Source: an uncultured Methanosarcinaceae archaeon (lineage in GTDB: Archaea; Halobacteriota; Methanosarcinia; Methanosarcinales; Methanosarcinaceae). Taken from it: a stretch of DNA of 64,000 nt. The stretch is from positions 96,001-160,000 of the forward strand of contig CAVSHT010000004.1 of the NCBI GenBank assembly GCA_963727895.1, written 5' to 3'. The translations under genes were made by a program, and so were the position numbers. Positions 1 to 12,617 of this stretch are shown here, piece after piece. The notes under the pieces are model-generated. The model did no database searches. It worked only from the letters and a program-made list of their open reading frames with translations, and was not told where the DNA came from. Every line of letters begins with the position of its first letter. Position 1 is the first letter of the stretch.

Positions 1-2
1 GG

Positions 3-284
3 GTTTCCAATCTCGAAGGTGCCCAATATGACCGAAACTGGTTGGATATTCATATGGTACCGGAGCAATCTGTACAGGCTGATCTGGATGTAAATGGTGA
101 GAATATGATGCCGATGCATTGGGGAGCATTTATACTTGCGAATCATGGATGGAATGAACCAATAAAAAGAGTACTAAAAGAAGCAGATAAAAGAGACGTA
201 AATATGATTGCTCCTCTGATTGGTGAAACGGTACTATTAGATTCAGACCTACACATACCTTCAACTCCATGGTGGGATTTTTGA
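3..284 (+). CDS. MBL-fold metallo-hydrolase (RomA/NAPE-PLD-like), C-terminal part; runs off window start
   Basis: Frame open from nt 3: EGAQYDRNWLDIHMVPEQSVQA...PMHWGAF...W.EP motifs. Confidence 0.75.
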   Translation, partial: VSNLEGAQYDRNWLDIHMVPEQSVQADLDVNGENMMPMHWGAFILANHGWNEPIKRVLKEADKRDVNMIAPLIGETVLLDSDLHIPSTPWWDF

Positions 285-380
285 AAGAGCATTATCTATG
301 GAGATGGTGCCTGGAATGTGGGAGATATCAAAGTAAACAAAGTCATGGAGTCGGGATATGAATGCGAAAAGCGATTTGAT
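285..380 (+). pseudogene. Relic 3' end of a flavodoxin-family gene, paralog of 7031..7564
   Basis: Reads KSIIYGDGAWNVGDIKVNKVMESGYE vs KGIIYGTGVWNMGDIKESKAMEQAYE at ~7470-7560. Confidence 0.7.
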
Positions 381-459
381 AGAAAGAGAAGAATCTAGGC
401 ATGTTGGAAAATTACTTTTTAATTTTTTACATTTCACCTTTATTTGTATGGCTTACTTT

Positions 460-497
460 TATATACTATTAACTCTTATATACTGACTGACCAGTCA
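460..497 (+). promoter_or_regulatory. TATA-like box plus palindromic operator TGACTGACCAGTCA (484-497)
   Basis: TATATACTA at 460; 6-2-6 palindrome starts 24 nt later; same layout recurs at 6903 and 8870. Confidence 0.65.
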
Positions 498-682
498 CTC
501 ATGAAGATCGATCAAGTAAACGATTAAAAAAGAATATCGTGAAAATTTTAAAGAAAATAAAATCAGAGAGAACATTTGAAAGTTGTCGATATTAACGGCA
601 GTCTACAGCTAGTAGACTTTTCAGTAAGAATATTTGACATTCAAGAAATTAGGCATCATAAAAATTTTGAAGGGACCAAAAT

Positions 683-1105
683 ATGGACAAATCAAATTTA
701 AGTGAAAGTGTAATTTTCCCGAAAGGTGAAAAACTTCCAGAACAGTTCAGTAAGTTTTTTTCAGGTAACGCATGGCTTTGCATGTTGGTACCGAGAGATA
801 ATGAATTTAATTGTCCCATTGGTAATGTGACATTCGAACCTGGCTGCAGAAATAACTGGCATAAACATGCTGGCGGACAGATCCTGCTAGTAACAGGAGG
901 ACGTGGTTATTATCAGGAAGAAGGAAAGCCTGCACAGGAACTTAATCCTGGTGATGTAGTAAAAATCGCTCCAAATGTAAAGCACTGGCATGGAGCGGCA
1001 CCTGACAGTTGGTTTGTACATCTTTCCGTTGAGACAAACGTTAATGCAGGTCCGGCAGAATGGTTGGAACCCGTAACTGATGAAGAATATAACAATTTAA
1101 GCTAA
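683..1105 (+). CDS. Cupin domain protein
   Basis: FEPGCRNNWHKH.GGQIL and HWHGA cupin motifs. Confidence 0.9.
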   Translation: MDKSNLSESVIFPKGEKLPEQFSKFFSGNAWLCMLVPRDNEFNCPIGNVTFEPGCRNNWHKHAGGQILLVTGGRGYYQEEGKPAQELNPGDVVKIAPNVKHWHGAAPDSWFVHLSVETNVNAGPAEWLEPVTDEEYNNLS

Positions 1106-1140
1106 CACTGTTAGATAATTTGACAATATAGAGACGATAA

Positions 1141-2127
<987 letters not shown>

Positions 2128-2147
2128 ACATAATTGGGGGCATAAGA

Positions 2148-2783
2148 TTGAAAGTATTATTAGTAAACGGAAGTCCACATGAGAAAGGCTGTACCTATAC
2201 TGCTCTTTCCGAAGTAGCAAAGACTTTGAATGAAGAAGAGATTGACACAGAAATTTATTGGATCGGAAAAAAGCCTCTTACTGGGTGCACTGCCTGTAAG
2301 AGCTGCGCCAAAACAGGAAGATGTGCATTTAATGACCGTGTCAATGACTTCCTTGACATTGCCAAAGATGCCGATGGATTTATTTTCGGTTCTCCGGTGC
2401 ATTATGCATCCGCAGGTGGTGCGATTACATCTTTTATGGATTGCGTTTTCTATACCGACCTGCAAGGAGGACGACAGTCTTTTTATCTGAAACCAGTGGC
2501 AGCAGTTGTTTCCGCAAGGAGAGCGGGAACGACAGCAACACTTGACCAGCTCAATAAGTATTTCACCATTTCGGAGATGCCAATTATTTCTTCCCGCTAT
2601 TGGAATATGGTTCATGGAGCAAAACCTGAAGATGTGAAAAAAGACCTGGAAGGATTGCAGATCATGCGTGTGCTTGCATGGAATATGGCATGGTTCCTGA
2701 AGTGCAAGGAGGCTGGCACGAAGGCTGGCGTACAGCTTCCGATGAAAGAAAAAAGCATCTATACAAATTTCATTAGGGAATAA
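2148..2783 (+). CDS. Flavodoxin-family / iron-sulfur flavoprotein (Isf-like)
   Basis: NGSPH, CxxCxxCx5C, GSPVHY. Confidence 0.85.
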   Translation: MKVLLVNGSPHEKGCTYTALSEVAKTLNEEEIDTEIYWIGKKPLTGCTACKSCAKTGRCAFNDRVNDFLDIAKDADGFIFGSPVHYASAGGAITSFMDCVFYTDLQGGRQSFYLKPVAAVVSARRAGTTATLDQLNKYFTISEMPIISSRYWNMVHGAKPEDVKKDLEGLQIMRVLAWNMAWFLKCKEAGTKAGVQLPMKEKSIYTNFIRE

Positions 2784-2838
2784 TCATTAATTGAAATCTT
2801 TGAATGTTAATAGACAAAAAGAAAGTGAGAGGCAAGAA

Positions 2839-3369
2839 ATGACTAACTTAAAAGATCAGAAATGTCTTATTGCTTATTTTTCACGTGAGGGGAATAACTA
2901 TGTCAGTGGCAAGATCGTGAATTTGCCTGTCGGCAACACAAAAGTAGTAGCCAACATGATCCGTGAAATAACAGGAGGCAATGTTTTCCAGATTGATACA
3001 GTAAAGTCTTATCCTAAAGATTATTCTGCAACCACCAACGTAGCAAAAAAGGAATTGAATGAAAATGCCAGACCTGAGCTTACCAGCCACGTGGACGACA
3101 TGGAGTCGTATGACGTGATATTCTTGGGTTACCCTAATTGGTGGGGAACGATGCCAATGGCTGTCTACACATTCTTGGAAGAATATGACCTTTCCGGAAA
3201 GACCATTGTTCCATTCTGCACACATGAAGGAAGCGGAATGGGCCGCAGTGAAAGTGATATTGCAAAGCTTTGCCCTAAAACAACACTTTTGAAAGGGCTT
3301 GCTATTCACGGTTCACGTGTAAGTGCTGCAAAAAAGGATATTGAAGGCTGGTTGAACAAATTAGCATAA
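2839..3369 (+). CDS. Flavodoxin (Flavodoxin_4 type); ATG at 2839 is the likely start
   Basis: AYFSREG, GNT, GYPNWWGTMP, PFCTHEGSG. Confidence 0.85.
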   Translation: MTNLKDQKCLIAYFSREGNNYVSGKIVNLPVGNTKVVANMIREITGGNVFQIDTVKSYPKDYSATTNVAKKELNENARPELTSHVDDMESYDVIFLGYPNWWGTMPMAVYTFLEEYDLSGKTIVPFCTHEGSGMGRSESDIAKLCPKTTLLKGLAIHGSRVSAAKKDIEGWLNKLA

Positions 3370-3390
3370 ATTCATACAGGAGGCTAAAAA

Positions 3391-4533
3391 ATGACAAAAA
3401 AATTAGGTTTTGGCTGTATGAGATTGCCACTTCTGGACAAAGATGACCAGACATCATTTGACACAAAGACACTGAACAAATTGGTAGGTACATTTCTGGA
3501 AAAAGGCTTCACTTATTTCGATACAGCTTATACATACCATGGATTTAAGAGTGAGGAAGCTGTCAAAGAGGCTCTGGTAAAAAGACATAACAGAGATGAA
3601 TTCGCTCTTGCAACGAAACTTCCCCCCAGAATGTTAAAATCAGCGGATGATCATGAAAGGATCTTTAACGAGCAACTGGAAAATTGTGGTGTTGAATTCT
3701 TTGATTATTACCTGCTCCACAATGTTGGTGTAAGTGCCTATGAACAGGCATGTAAATATGATACATTCGGTTTTGCATTGAAGAAAAAGGAAAAAGGCAA
3801 AATAAAGAACGTGGGTATGTCTTTCCATGACACTCCGGAATTGCTGGATGAGATTCTGACCGCTCACCCGAAATTTGATTTTGTTCAATTGCAGATCAAT
3901 TACATTGACTGGGAAAATCCAGGTATCCAGTCAAGAAGATGCTATGAAGTGGCAAGAAAACATAACAAGCCAATTGTTGTAATGGAACCCATCAAGGGTG
4001 GAAATCTTGCAGCAGTTCCAAAAAAGGCGGAAGAATTGATGAAAGCATATGACAAGGATGCTTCAGTTGCTTCTTGGGCTATCAGATTTGCTGCCAGTCA
4101 GGAAGGTGTCATGATGGTACTCAGCGGCATGAATACCATGGAACAGGTTCTTGATAATACTTCATATATGGCAGACTTTAAACCCCTGAACGAGGAAGAA
4201 TACAGGATTCTCGACCAAGTAATTGATATTATAAATGAAGATACTGCGATTCCCTGCACAACATGCAGATATTGTGAAGCAGGCTGTCCTAAGAATATTG
4301 CGATACCGGACTACTTTTCATTATATAATAGCGCAAAGCGTGCTGTGACTGATAATATTTCAAGCCAGTTTGTTTACTATCTGAACCTCACTTCAAATCA
4401 TGGCAAGGCTAGCGATTGCATAGACTGTAAACAATGTGAAAAGGCATGTCCTCAGCATCTGAAGATAACAGAATATCTCAAAGATGTGTCCGCGGAATTT
4501 GAAGCTGGAGGACCGGCATTACCGACAAAATAA
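3391..4533 (+). CDS. Aldo/keto reductase with C-terminal 2x[4Fe-4S] domain
   Basis: LGFGCMRLP, FDTAYTYH, CxxCxxCxxxCP twice. Confidence 0.9.
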   Translation: MTKKLGFGCMRLPLLDKDDQTSFDTKTLNKLVGTFLEKGFTYFDTAYTYHGFKSEEAVKEALVKRHNRDEFALATKLPPRMLKSADDHERIFNEQLENCGVEFFDYYLLHNVGVSAYEQACKYDTFGFALKKKEKGKIKNVGMSFHDTPELLDEILTAHPKFDFVQLQINYIDWENPGIQSRRCYEVARKHNKPIVVMEPIKGGNLAAVPKKAEELMKAYDKDASVASWAIRFAASQEGVMMVLSGMNTMEQVLDNTSYMADFKPLNEEEYRILDQVIDIINEDTAIPCTTCRYCEAGCPKNIAIPDYFSLYNSAKRAVTDNISSQFVYYLNLTSNHGKASDCIDCKQCEKACPQHLKITEYLKDVSAEFEAGGPALPTK

Positions 4534-4641
4534 AGATGAATGATAATTTGATCGAACAGTTTGCTAAACAAACTGGCGGTTGTGGGGAAATAGTAAGACA
4601 GATTCCGAATATCTTAGCGGAATGAAAGTGAGGTTTTGATC

Positions 4642-5389
4642 ATGAGGATTAGTGAAACAGCAAACAAGAACCATGAAGAATTATTTCCCAATCACAAATC
4701 TACACTAAAAGTAACAGATCCAGAACTTATAGAAGTCTTTGATAATTTTGCTTTTGATGAAGTAATTAGTTATGGAAATTTAGATACAAAAACCAGGTTA
4801 ATGGTCATTTTGGGATCGCTGATCGCAAGCCAGACTTTAAGCGAATATAAATTGATGCTTAGTGCTGCACTTAATGTAGGTGTAATTCCGATCGAGGTTA
4901 AGGAGATTGTATATCAATCTGTACCATATGTCGGGATTGCGAAAGCACTTGATTTTATCCATGCCACCAATGAAATACTGGATAGCAGAGGGATAGAACT
5001 TCCATTAGAAGGTCAATCTACAACTTCACCAGAAACACGATATGAAAAGGGGTTAGAAATACAAAAATCAATTTTTGGAGAAATGATTGATAAAATGTAT
5101 GAGGAATCACCAGCAAATCAGGTCCATATTCAAAAATATTTATCTGCAAACTGTTTTGGTGATTATTTACACCAGAAAAGGACTGGATATAAAAACAAGA
5201 GAGCTTTTGACATTTTCTGTGATTTTATCCCTGGGTGGATGTGAGCCACAGTTAAAAGGACATATCCAGGGCAATCTAAATGTTGGAAACAATAAAGAAA
5301 CATTGCTTAGTGCAGTTACGCAGTTATTGCCATATGTGGGATATCCAAGAACATTGAATGCAATAAGATGCTTAAATGAAGTAGAGTGA
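4642..5389 (+). pseudogene. Carboxymuconolactone decarboxylase-family protein (two CMD domains), frameshifted near 5167
   Basis: FDNFAFDEV, YQSVPYVG; second frame has YTRKGLD..TRELL, LPYVGYPR. Confidence 0.85.
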
Positions 5390-5582
5390 CCGTTGATCTG
5401 ATCCGCGAGGATGGTTTCGATCATGTGGGCGGTCAGTACCTTTGGATCACCCGATATACCGAGTTTTTCGCGCTGCTAATTGCCCAACTAGCGTACCGGT
5501 TCGAGTGGTTTTGGGCAAGTAGACGTATGGGAGACAGCTAATGATTTGCAAAATGATTTTTGCGCAAAGCAAGTGAGGATAT

Positions 5583-5689
5583 ATGACTGCCCATCCCATT
5601 CACATCATCCCTGAACAAAAATATGAGGTCACTCCGTTGGAGCTTTTCTTCGATCTCGTGTTCGCGTTCGCAGTATCGCAGCTCTCACT
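5583..5689 (+). pseudogene. ltrA: 5' fragment of a low-temperature requirement protein A-like gene
   Basis: ATG 5583 reads MTAHPIHIIPEQKYEVTPLELFFDLVFAFAVSQLS, which carries the LtrA N-terminal signature ELFFDLVF. Confidence 0.7.
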
Positions 5690-6691
5690 ATGGGAGTTGT
5701 TGAAGAAGTTGGAAATGCAGTTGAGCTGGTTAAACCTGGTGATAGGGTAGTAATACCATTTAACGTTGCCTGTGGATCTTGTTTGAATTGCATTCAGGGT
5801 TTAACTAATCTGTGTCTTACTATGAATCCAGAAATGGCTGGAGCAGGCTATGGATTTCCTGGAATGGGACCATATGCTGGTGGACAAGCAGAGTACTTGA
5901 GAGTTCCTTTTGGAGACTGGGCTTGCTTAAAATTACCCGGTGAACCAGGGGATGAATTTGAAGATGATTTTTTGCTGCTTTCAGATATATTTCCAACAGC
6001 ATATTATGCAACAGAGCTAGCTAAAGTAAAAACTGGGAAAACTGTAGCTGTTTTTGGTGCTGGGCCTGTAGGCTTACTTGCAGCATACAGTTCAATGTTA
6101 AAAGGTGCAAGTGAAGTCTACGTTGTTGATAAATCAGACAAACGTTTAAAACTTGCTGAATCAATTGGTGCAATTCCAATTAACTTTACAGATGGTGATC
6201 CAGTTGAGATGATAATGCAATACCGTCAAGATAATAATAAATTAATGAGTTCTTTAAGGCATGGAGAAGAAAAGGCTTTAGGTGTGAATTGTGCAATTGA
6301 CGCAGTGGGTTATCAAGCATTTGATCGAAATAATCCTGAAGAATTTAAGGCAAATCAAGTTTTAATGGATATAGCAAGAATTATAGCTCCCGGGGGCAGC
6401 GTTGGAGTAGTTGGTGTTTATAGTCCAGATCCTGTTAGTAAGGATGAAAATGAAAAACTAGGACATTTAACGCTTCCGTGGGCTGAATTATGGTTCAAAG
6501 GAGTATCTATAGGTACTGGGCCAACACCTGTTAAACAAATGCATGTGTTTTTAAGAAATTTGATATTCAATGGTAAAGCAAAACCAAGCTTCATAGTATC
6601 TGACCATATCAGCATTGATGAAGCTCCTGAGGCGTATAAGCAATTTGATAAGAGGGATAATGTAGTTAAGCCTATAATCAAATTCCATTAA
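5690..6691 (+). pseudogene. Zn-dependent (glutathione-independent formaldehyde-type) alcohol dehydrogenase, 5'-truncated
   Basis: Starts at MGVVEEVG, just after the expected GHE motif; CxxCxxCx7C, LSDIFPT and GAGPVG are present. Confidence 0.8.
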
Positions 6692-6902
6692 GTCAAAGTA
6701 AGAATTTAAACTATTTCAATTTTTAAAGTCAACTTTTCTTTAATTAATTCTTCCTAACTACAGAAACCACGGACTAAAATCCGTCAATCAGGTATATAAA
6801 TTTATTAAAAACTTTCCTTTAAGTACCCAGCTAATCAGGAGTATAGCTGTGAGTTGTCTCAATTTCTTTTTACACTTCGTCATTGATGGTTGAGCAAATA
6901 GT

Positions 6903-6940
6903 TATATACTATTAATACCTGATGATTGATTGATCAGTCA
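6903..6940 (+). promoter_or_regulatory. TATA-like box plus operator TGATTGATCAGTCA (6927-6940)
   Basis: Same 24-nt spacing and motif as at 460/484. Confidence 0.6.
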
Positions 6941-7030
6941 ATAGCTAAATTCACGCTACTAATAAACTCGTCTCAAAACTCAAATTACTGAAGTATAAAA
7001 GCATAATCAATAATAGGGAAGATAATACAA

Positions 7031-7564
7031 ATGAGCAAAAAAGTATTAGTATTGTCTGCAAGTCCAAGAAAAGGCGGAAACTCAGACCTGCTGTGCGACC
7101 AGTTTATGCTTGGAGCAAAAGAAGCCGGACACACTGTAGAGAAGATATTCTTGAGGGATAAGGAAATCAATTACTGCACAGGATGTGGAGCCTGTTTGGG
7201 AAAGGACTGTCCTCAAGAAGATGATATGGCTGAAGTCCTGGAGAAAATGATTACGTCAGAGGTGATCTTAATGGCAACGCCAGTGTATTTCTACACAATG
7301 AATGGTCAAATGAAGACTCTAATTGATCGCACCTGTTCTCGTTACACTGAGATCAACGACAAGGACTTTTATTTTATTGCAACGGCAGCCGACGATAGTA
7401 AGCAGGCTATGGAGAGAACATTGGAAGGATTCCGGGGATTTACTTCCTGCCTTGAGGGAGCAAAGGAAAAGGGTATTATTTATGGAACTGGTGTCTGGAA
7501 TATGGGAGACATCAAAGAAAGCAAAGCAATGGAACAGGCATATGAAATGGGAAAAGCGGTTTGA
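7031..7564 (+). CDS. Flavodoxin-family / NADPH-dependent FMN reductase (Isf-like)
   Basis: SASPRKGGNS, CxxCxxC...CPQ.DD, ATPVYFY. Confidence 0.9.
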   Translation: MSKKVLVLSASPRKGGNSDLLCDQFMLGAKEAGHTVEKIFLRDKEINYCTGCGACLGKDCPQEDDMAEVLEKMITSEVILMATPVYFYTMNGQMKTLIDRTCSRYTEINDKDFYFIATAADDSKQAMERTLEGFRGFTSCLEGAKEKGIIYGTGVWNMGDIKESKAMEQAYEMGKAV

Positions 7565-7634
7565 TTCGGAAGAAGGAACAATGAGCAAGAACAGGTATAA
7601 TGAGCGGAAATAAAGATTATGAGGTGTTAAGACA

Positions 7635-8466
7635 ATGAAAAATGTAATCGTAGTCATTGGTGCAGGGTCAATTGGCCAGGCAATCGCACGTCGTGTGAGT
7701 GCAGGAAAACATGTATTGTTGGCAGATATAAAGAAGGAGAATGTTGACGCTGCGGCAGAAGTCATGATGGATGCTGGATTTGAGGTGAGTACAGCAATAG
7801 TAGATATATCATCACGTGAGTCGATTCATGCATTGGTCCAGAAAGCGACTACTATTGGAGATGATATTACTGGTATAATCCTTGCAGCAGGAGTATCGCC
7901 TTCGCAGGCATCACCAGAAACGATCTTAAAAGTGGACCTGTATGGTACTGCTGTAGTGCTGGAAGAATTTGGGAATGTCATTTCACCGAATGGTTCTGGT
8001 GTTATTATTTCTTCACAATCAGGACATAGGCTCCCAGCATTATCTGTTGAACAAAATAAGGACCTGGCTACTACGCCTGTTGAGGAATTACTTGATCTTG
8101 AGACTGTTGCAATTAGATAATATTACTGATTCGCTTCAAGCTTATCAGCTATCCAAACGTGCAAATTCTCTATGGGTGATGGCTGAGGCAGTGCGCTGGG
8201 GTAAACGAGGTGCAAGGATTAACGCCATAAGTCCAGGTATAATCTTCACACCACTTGCCAGAGATGAGATGAAAGGTCCACGTGGAGGGGGATATAGACG
8301 TATGATTGAAGTATCTGCATCAGGTCGTGGAGGTACTCCTGATGAAGTTGGAGCTGTTGCAGCTCTATTAATGGGGTCTGAAGACACATTTATCACGGGC
8401 AGTGACTTTCTCATGGACGGTGGAGTGACAGCTGCCTATTGGTATGGTGAACTTGCGCCGCAATGA
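7635..8466 (+). pseudogene. SDR-family oxidoreductase, frameshifted near 8100
   Basis: GAGSIG; second frame has YQLSK, RINAISPG, FITGSDFLMDGG. Confidence 0.85.
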
Positions 8467-8771
8467 TAAAAATGAAATCAACTGCTGAAACTGAAATTTT
8501 GAACTTGTCACTAGAGAAATTCAAATGGAAAACAACAGGACAATATGACAAACTTAGTGATTTATTTGATGATAATCTTGTAATTATACATATTTCTGGA
8601 CACACCACAACAAAAAAAGAGTAGATTGATCAGTTAAAGTCAGTAAGGTTTGTTTATAACCAAATTGAGCAAAAAGAGGTTTTAGTAAAATGCTATGGCA
8701 ATACTGCTGTATTAGTTGGAAGAATGGAAGCTGGTGAATCTTCACACAACTTTGGGGGATTATGATGACTG
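8463..8771 (+). pseudogene. NTF2-like (DUF4440-type) protein relic with in-frame TAG at 8622-8624 and a degraded C-terminus
   Basis: LSDLFDDNLVIIHISG.T.TKKE*IDQLKS...YGNTAVLVG. Confidence 0.6.
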
Positions 8772-8846
8772 AACCAATATCATTAGACTGTAAACTGACA
8801 AATATATGGAGACTTCTGACTAAAAATTATTTTTTCACCCCTATTG

Positions 8847-8909
8847 TGAGTGATTAGTCAATCAAAACATATATACTAAAAACCATTTCTACGACTAACT
8901 GCTCAGTCA
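8847..8909 (+). promoter_or_regulatory. TATA-like box (8870) flanked by two operator-like sites (8847-8860, 8896-8909)
   Basis: TGAGTGATTAGTCA and TAACTGCTCAGTCA resemble TGACTGANCAGTCA. Confidence 0.55.
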
Positions 8910-8955
8910 GTTACGATACTATGTGATACAATTCTAATATTCAGGAGAACTAATA

Positions 8956-9948
8956 ATGTCGGGAAATATGGGATCTAAAAATGAATCAAGTATAAAAACT
9001 TTTGAACTCCATAAAAAAGTAACTGTAAAAAAAGTATCCTATAAAAACCGGTACGGGATTACCGTTGTAGCAGACATGTACTTATCAAAAGATATGGACA
9101 AGTCAAAAAAATATCCAGCAATTGTCATAGGAACACCTTATGGAGGTGTAAAAGAGCAAGGTGCTGGTATTTACGCACAGAATATGGCAGAACGAGGATT
9201 CGTTGCCATTGCATTCGATGAATCTTTTAATGGCGAAAGCAGTGGTGAACCAAGACATGTTTCTTTCCCAGATATATTTGTTGAAGATTTTAGCTCAGGA
9301 GTAGACTTTTTGGGAACACGTCTTTTAGTGGACAGAAACAGGATCGGCGCTATCGGAATCTGTGGAAGTGGCGGATTTTCAATTACTGCAGCTCAAGTTG
9401 ACCCACGTATCAAAGCAGTTGCTACTGCAAGTATGTATGATATAAGTAGCATGATAAGAGATGGATTTGGAAAAACAATGACTGATGAACAGCGTGCTCA
9501 TACTTTAGTTCAGTTGGGCGAGCAACGATGGAAAGACTTTGAGAATGGTACTCCAGAAGTGCCTATGGGTTTCCCAAGTGAACCAGCTGATTCAATTCCA
9601 GAAGGATTAGATCCAATTTCAAGTGAATTTTTTGAATACTATGGAATGGAGCGTGGACATCATCCTAATGCAGGAGCCTCATTCACTATTACAAGTAGCA
9701 TGTCATTCATGAACTTCCCTTTGATGAACTACATTGATACAATTTCACCAAGACCAATTTTGTTCATCATCGGTGAAAATGCTCACTCCAGGTATTACAG
9801 TGAAGATGCCTATGAAATGGCTGCCGAACCCAAAGAACTTTACATTGTTCCGGGAGCAAGACATATTGATCTGTACGACAGAACCGACATGATTCCGTTT
9901 GACAAATTAGAGTCATTCTTTGCAAAATATCTAGGTTACAAAAAATGA
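8956..9948 (+). CDS. Alpha/beta hydrolase (YcjY-like)
   Basis: PYGGVKEQ, GICGSGG nucleophile elbow, PGARHIDLYD. Confidence 0.9.
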   Translation: MSGNMGSKNESSIKTFELHKKVTVKKVSYKNRYGITVVADMYLSKDMDKSKKYPAIVIGTPYGGVKEQGAGIYAQNMAERGFVAIAFDESFNGESSGEPRHVSFPDIFVEDFSSGVDFLGTRLLVDRNRIGAIGICGSGGFSITAAQVDPRIKAVATASMYDISSMIRDGFGKTMTDEQRAHTLVQLGEQRWKDFENGTPEVPMGFPSEPADSIPEGLDPISSEFFEYYGMERGHHPNAGASFTITSSMSFMNFPLMNYIDTISPRPILFIIGENAHSRYYSEDAYEMAAEPKELYIVPGARHIDLYDRTDMIPFDKLESFFAKYLGYKK

Positions 9949-10083
9949 GCAGAGTAGTGTTCTACGAACCTAAATTTGAACAATTATCTGGAGATGACAG
10001 GCTAGAAACTTATTTTTGGTCCTCTGCGAGTAATTGGTCAATCACAATGCAACTAAACAATTAATAAATTCAGGAGAACTAAA

Positions 10084-11287
10084 ATGTTATACAGAAAAAT
10101 GCCAAAGAACGGAGACGAGCTTTCGATACTTGGATTCGGATGCATGCGCCTCCCCGTAAAAGAAGACGGTAGTATAGATGAAGAAAGAGCCACTAAGCAG
10201 GTACGCTATGCAATCGACCAGGGAGTAAACTATGTTGATACGGCTTTGGCCCTATCACATGGGACAGAGCGAGCCTTTCTTAGGTCATGCTCTTGCTGAT
10301 GGATATAGAGAAAAGGTTAAACTCGCTACAAAGCTCCCGTCCTGGCTTATAGAGAGCCGAGAGGATATGGATCAGCTCTTGAATGCTCAGTTGGAGAAAC
10401 TCAATACAGACCAGATTGACTATTACCTTATCCATGCTCTTGTTGGTGACCTGTGGGACAATATTGAAAAGATTGGTGTAGCTGATTTCCTTGACAAAGC
10501 CAAAGCTGACGGCCGAATAATTAACGCAGGTTTTTCTTTCCATGGCTCGGGAGAGGATTTCAATCGGATAGTGGATGCCTATGACTGGGACTTTTGCCAG
10601 ATCCAGTATAACTTCCTGGACGAAAAGAACCAAGCAGGTACCAAGGGATTGGAATATGCAGCTTCAAAGGGACTTGGAGTAGTCATTATGGAACCTCTCC
10701 GTGGAGGAAACCTCACAAATCCAGTACCTTCTGCTGTGAAAGAGATCTGGGATGAGGCTCCGACGAAGAGGACCGCTGCAGAATGGGCTCTTCAATGGGT
10801 ATGGAATCATCCAGAGGTCACGGTTGTCCTCTCAGGGATGAATGAGGAAACACATATTGAAGAGAACCTGAAAATGGCAGGTGAGTCTTACCCGAATTCT
10901 TTGACTGAAGCTGAACTGCAGATAATAAAGAAAGTAGAGCAGAAGTACCGTGAACTGATGAAAGTAGGCTGTACAGGCTGCAGATACTGTATGCCTTGTC
11001 CAGTAGGGGTGAATATTCCACTCTGTTTCGAATTGTACAACAACCTCTACATGTCCGGCAATGCAGACGAGACAAAGTTTCTCTATGCTGCACAGTTGAG
11101 TGGTGCCATATCCGTTGGAGAAACCGGATTTGCCTCCCAGTGCGTACAATGCGGACAGTGCCTTGAAAAATGTCCACAGCATATCGATGTCCCAACGATT
11201 CTCGAATCCGTTGTAGAAGAACTTGAAGGCTCTGATTTGGAGGAGAGAGTTGCTATGGCAAAGCAGCTGTTCAAGAAGCAGACTTAA
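10084..11287 (+). pseudogene. Aldo/keto reductase with Fe-S domain, frameshifted near 10245
   Basis: LGFGCMRLP; an extra T breaks DTAWPYH; C-terminal CxxCxxC motifs. Confidence 0.85.
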
Positions 11288-11614
11288 AAACAAGAACAAT
11301 GTTAAGTGCCAAAAAAGCAAAATGAAGATATTGTTTAAGCTAATTTTATTGAAAAATTAAACAATATTTCCATTTTTCGTTGTTTATTCTCAAGTTCAGT
11401 TAATAATACTCATTCAGTTTTAAAATTTTGAATTTTTACTTCAAATTGTAAAACAATGATCCAAACAATTATGAAAATCAAACTTGGAAGAAATAGTTTG
11501 AAACTCTAACGAGCCTCTAATAATATTGCTCAAAAATAATAATATTGCGTGAGAAAATGATATTTAAGCTGTTTATTGCTAAAGCATTTAATTCTTCATG
11601 GTGAAGGGCGGTAT

Positions 11615-11675
11615 ATGGATCTCACTGATGTACTTAATTCTGTCAAAGAAGGAAAAATCGATATTGAAACTGCGG
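11615..11675 (+). pseudogene. Possible 5' fragment of a LarB-like gene fused to the IS6 relic
   Basis: MDLTDVLNSVKEGKIDIETA resembles archaeal LarB N-termini; only 20 aa. Confidence 0.3.
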
Positions 11676-12361
11676 ATGATGGCAGAAAGAGGGGTAATAG
11701 TCAACCATACAACCATTATGAGATGGGTACATCAATACTCACTTGAAATCGAAAAGAAGGTCAGAAGACATTTAAGACCAACTAATGACTCTTGGAGAGT
11801 GGATGAAACATACATAAGAGTTAAAAGTGAATGGAAATATCTTTACCGAGCAGTTGACTCAAATGGAGATACAATTGATTTCATGTTAAGTGCAAAACGA
11901 GATCAAAAAGCAGCAAAACGTTTCTTTAAGAAAGCTTTGAACTCTAATCATAATCAAATTCCAAGAGTAATAACAGTTGACAAAAATCCAGCTTATCCAC
12001 CTGCTATAGAGAAACTGAAAAATAACAAAATACTACCTAGAAACGTAGACATTAGACAAATCAAGTATTTGAATAATATTATAGAACAAGATCATAGATC
12101 CATTAAACGGGTAGTTAATCCAATGTTAGGATTTCAGTCTTTTCATACAGCCATTAAAACTTTAAAAGGAATTGAAGCGATGAATATGATTAAAAAAGGA
12201 CAAATCAAAAATTTTAATTATTCTGGTTTTAATGAAGCTAAATATATTAATCAATTATTTGGAATAGTTCTATAATATTTACACATTTTTTTAAATATTT
12301 TAACTTTTATTCATTATTCATAGATTTACAGGCTTATTCTAAAATTTTTTGCAACGGGACC
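11676..12361 (+). mobile_element. IS6-family transposase, 5'-truncated, with right end
   Basis: WRVDETYI, YLYRAVD, TVDKNPAY, NNIIEQDHR; TTTTTGCAACGGGACC end. Confidence 0.9.
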
Positions 12362-12597
12362 CCATTTATTATATCTTTAGAAAAATTTTTTTGCAATGGA
12401 ACCCGTATGCTTAATCTTAAGCACATAATTCGATATCAATAGAGGTTTATGTGCCTAAAAAGGCGGAACTTATAATATAATATTTTTTAGTTCATGATTT
12501 CCGCAATTTGTACTTTTATATGTAAACTTGCTAATTACGACTCTCATTTAATTTCATACGTAACTATTATATACATCAAAAATGCATATGGCATCAG

Positions 12598-12617
12598 TTA
12601 GTTACATAAGTAACTAA
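12598..12617. promoter_or_regulatory. Palindromic operator TTAGTTAC-N4-GTAACTAA upstream of the MFS-MarR operon
   Basis: Perfect 8-bp arms; MarR-type geometry. Confidence 0.6.

Noticed and set aside
8622..8624. In-frame TAG as a pyrrolysine codon (also at 57845 and in the 48207-48386 fragment)
   Set aside because: Each gene has other lesions, and at least two TAGs look like TGG-to-TAG changes; decay is the simpler explanation.
11598..11675. ATG 11598 as the IS6 transposase start
   Set aside because: IS6 homology begins only at 11676; the upstream residues are unrelated sequence.
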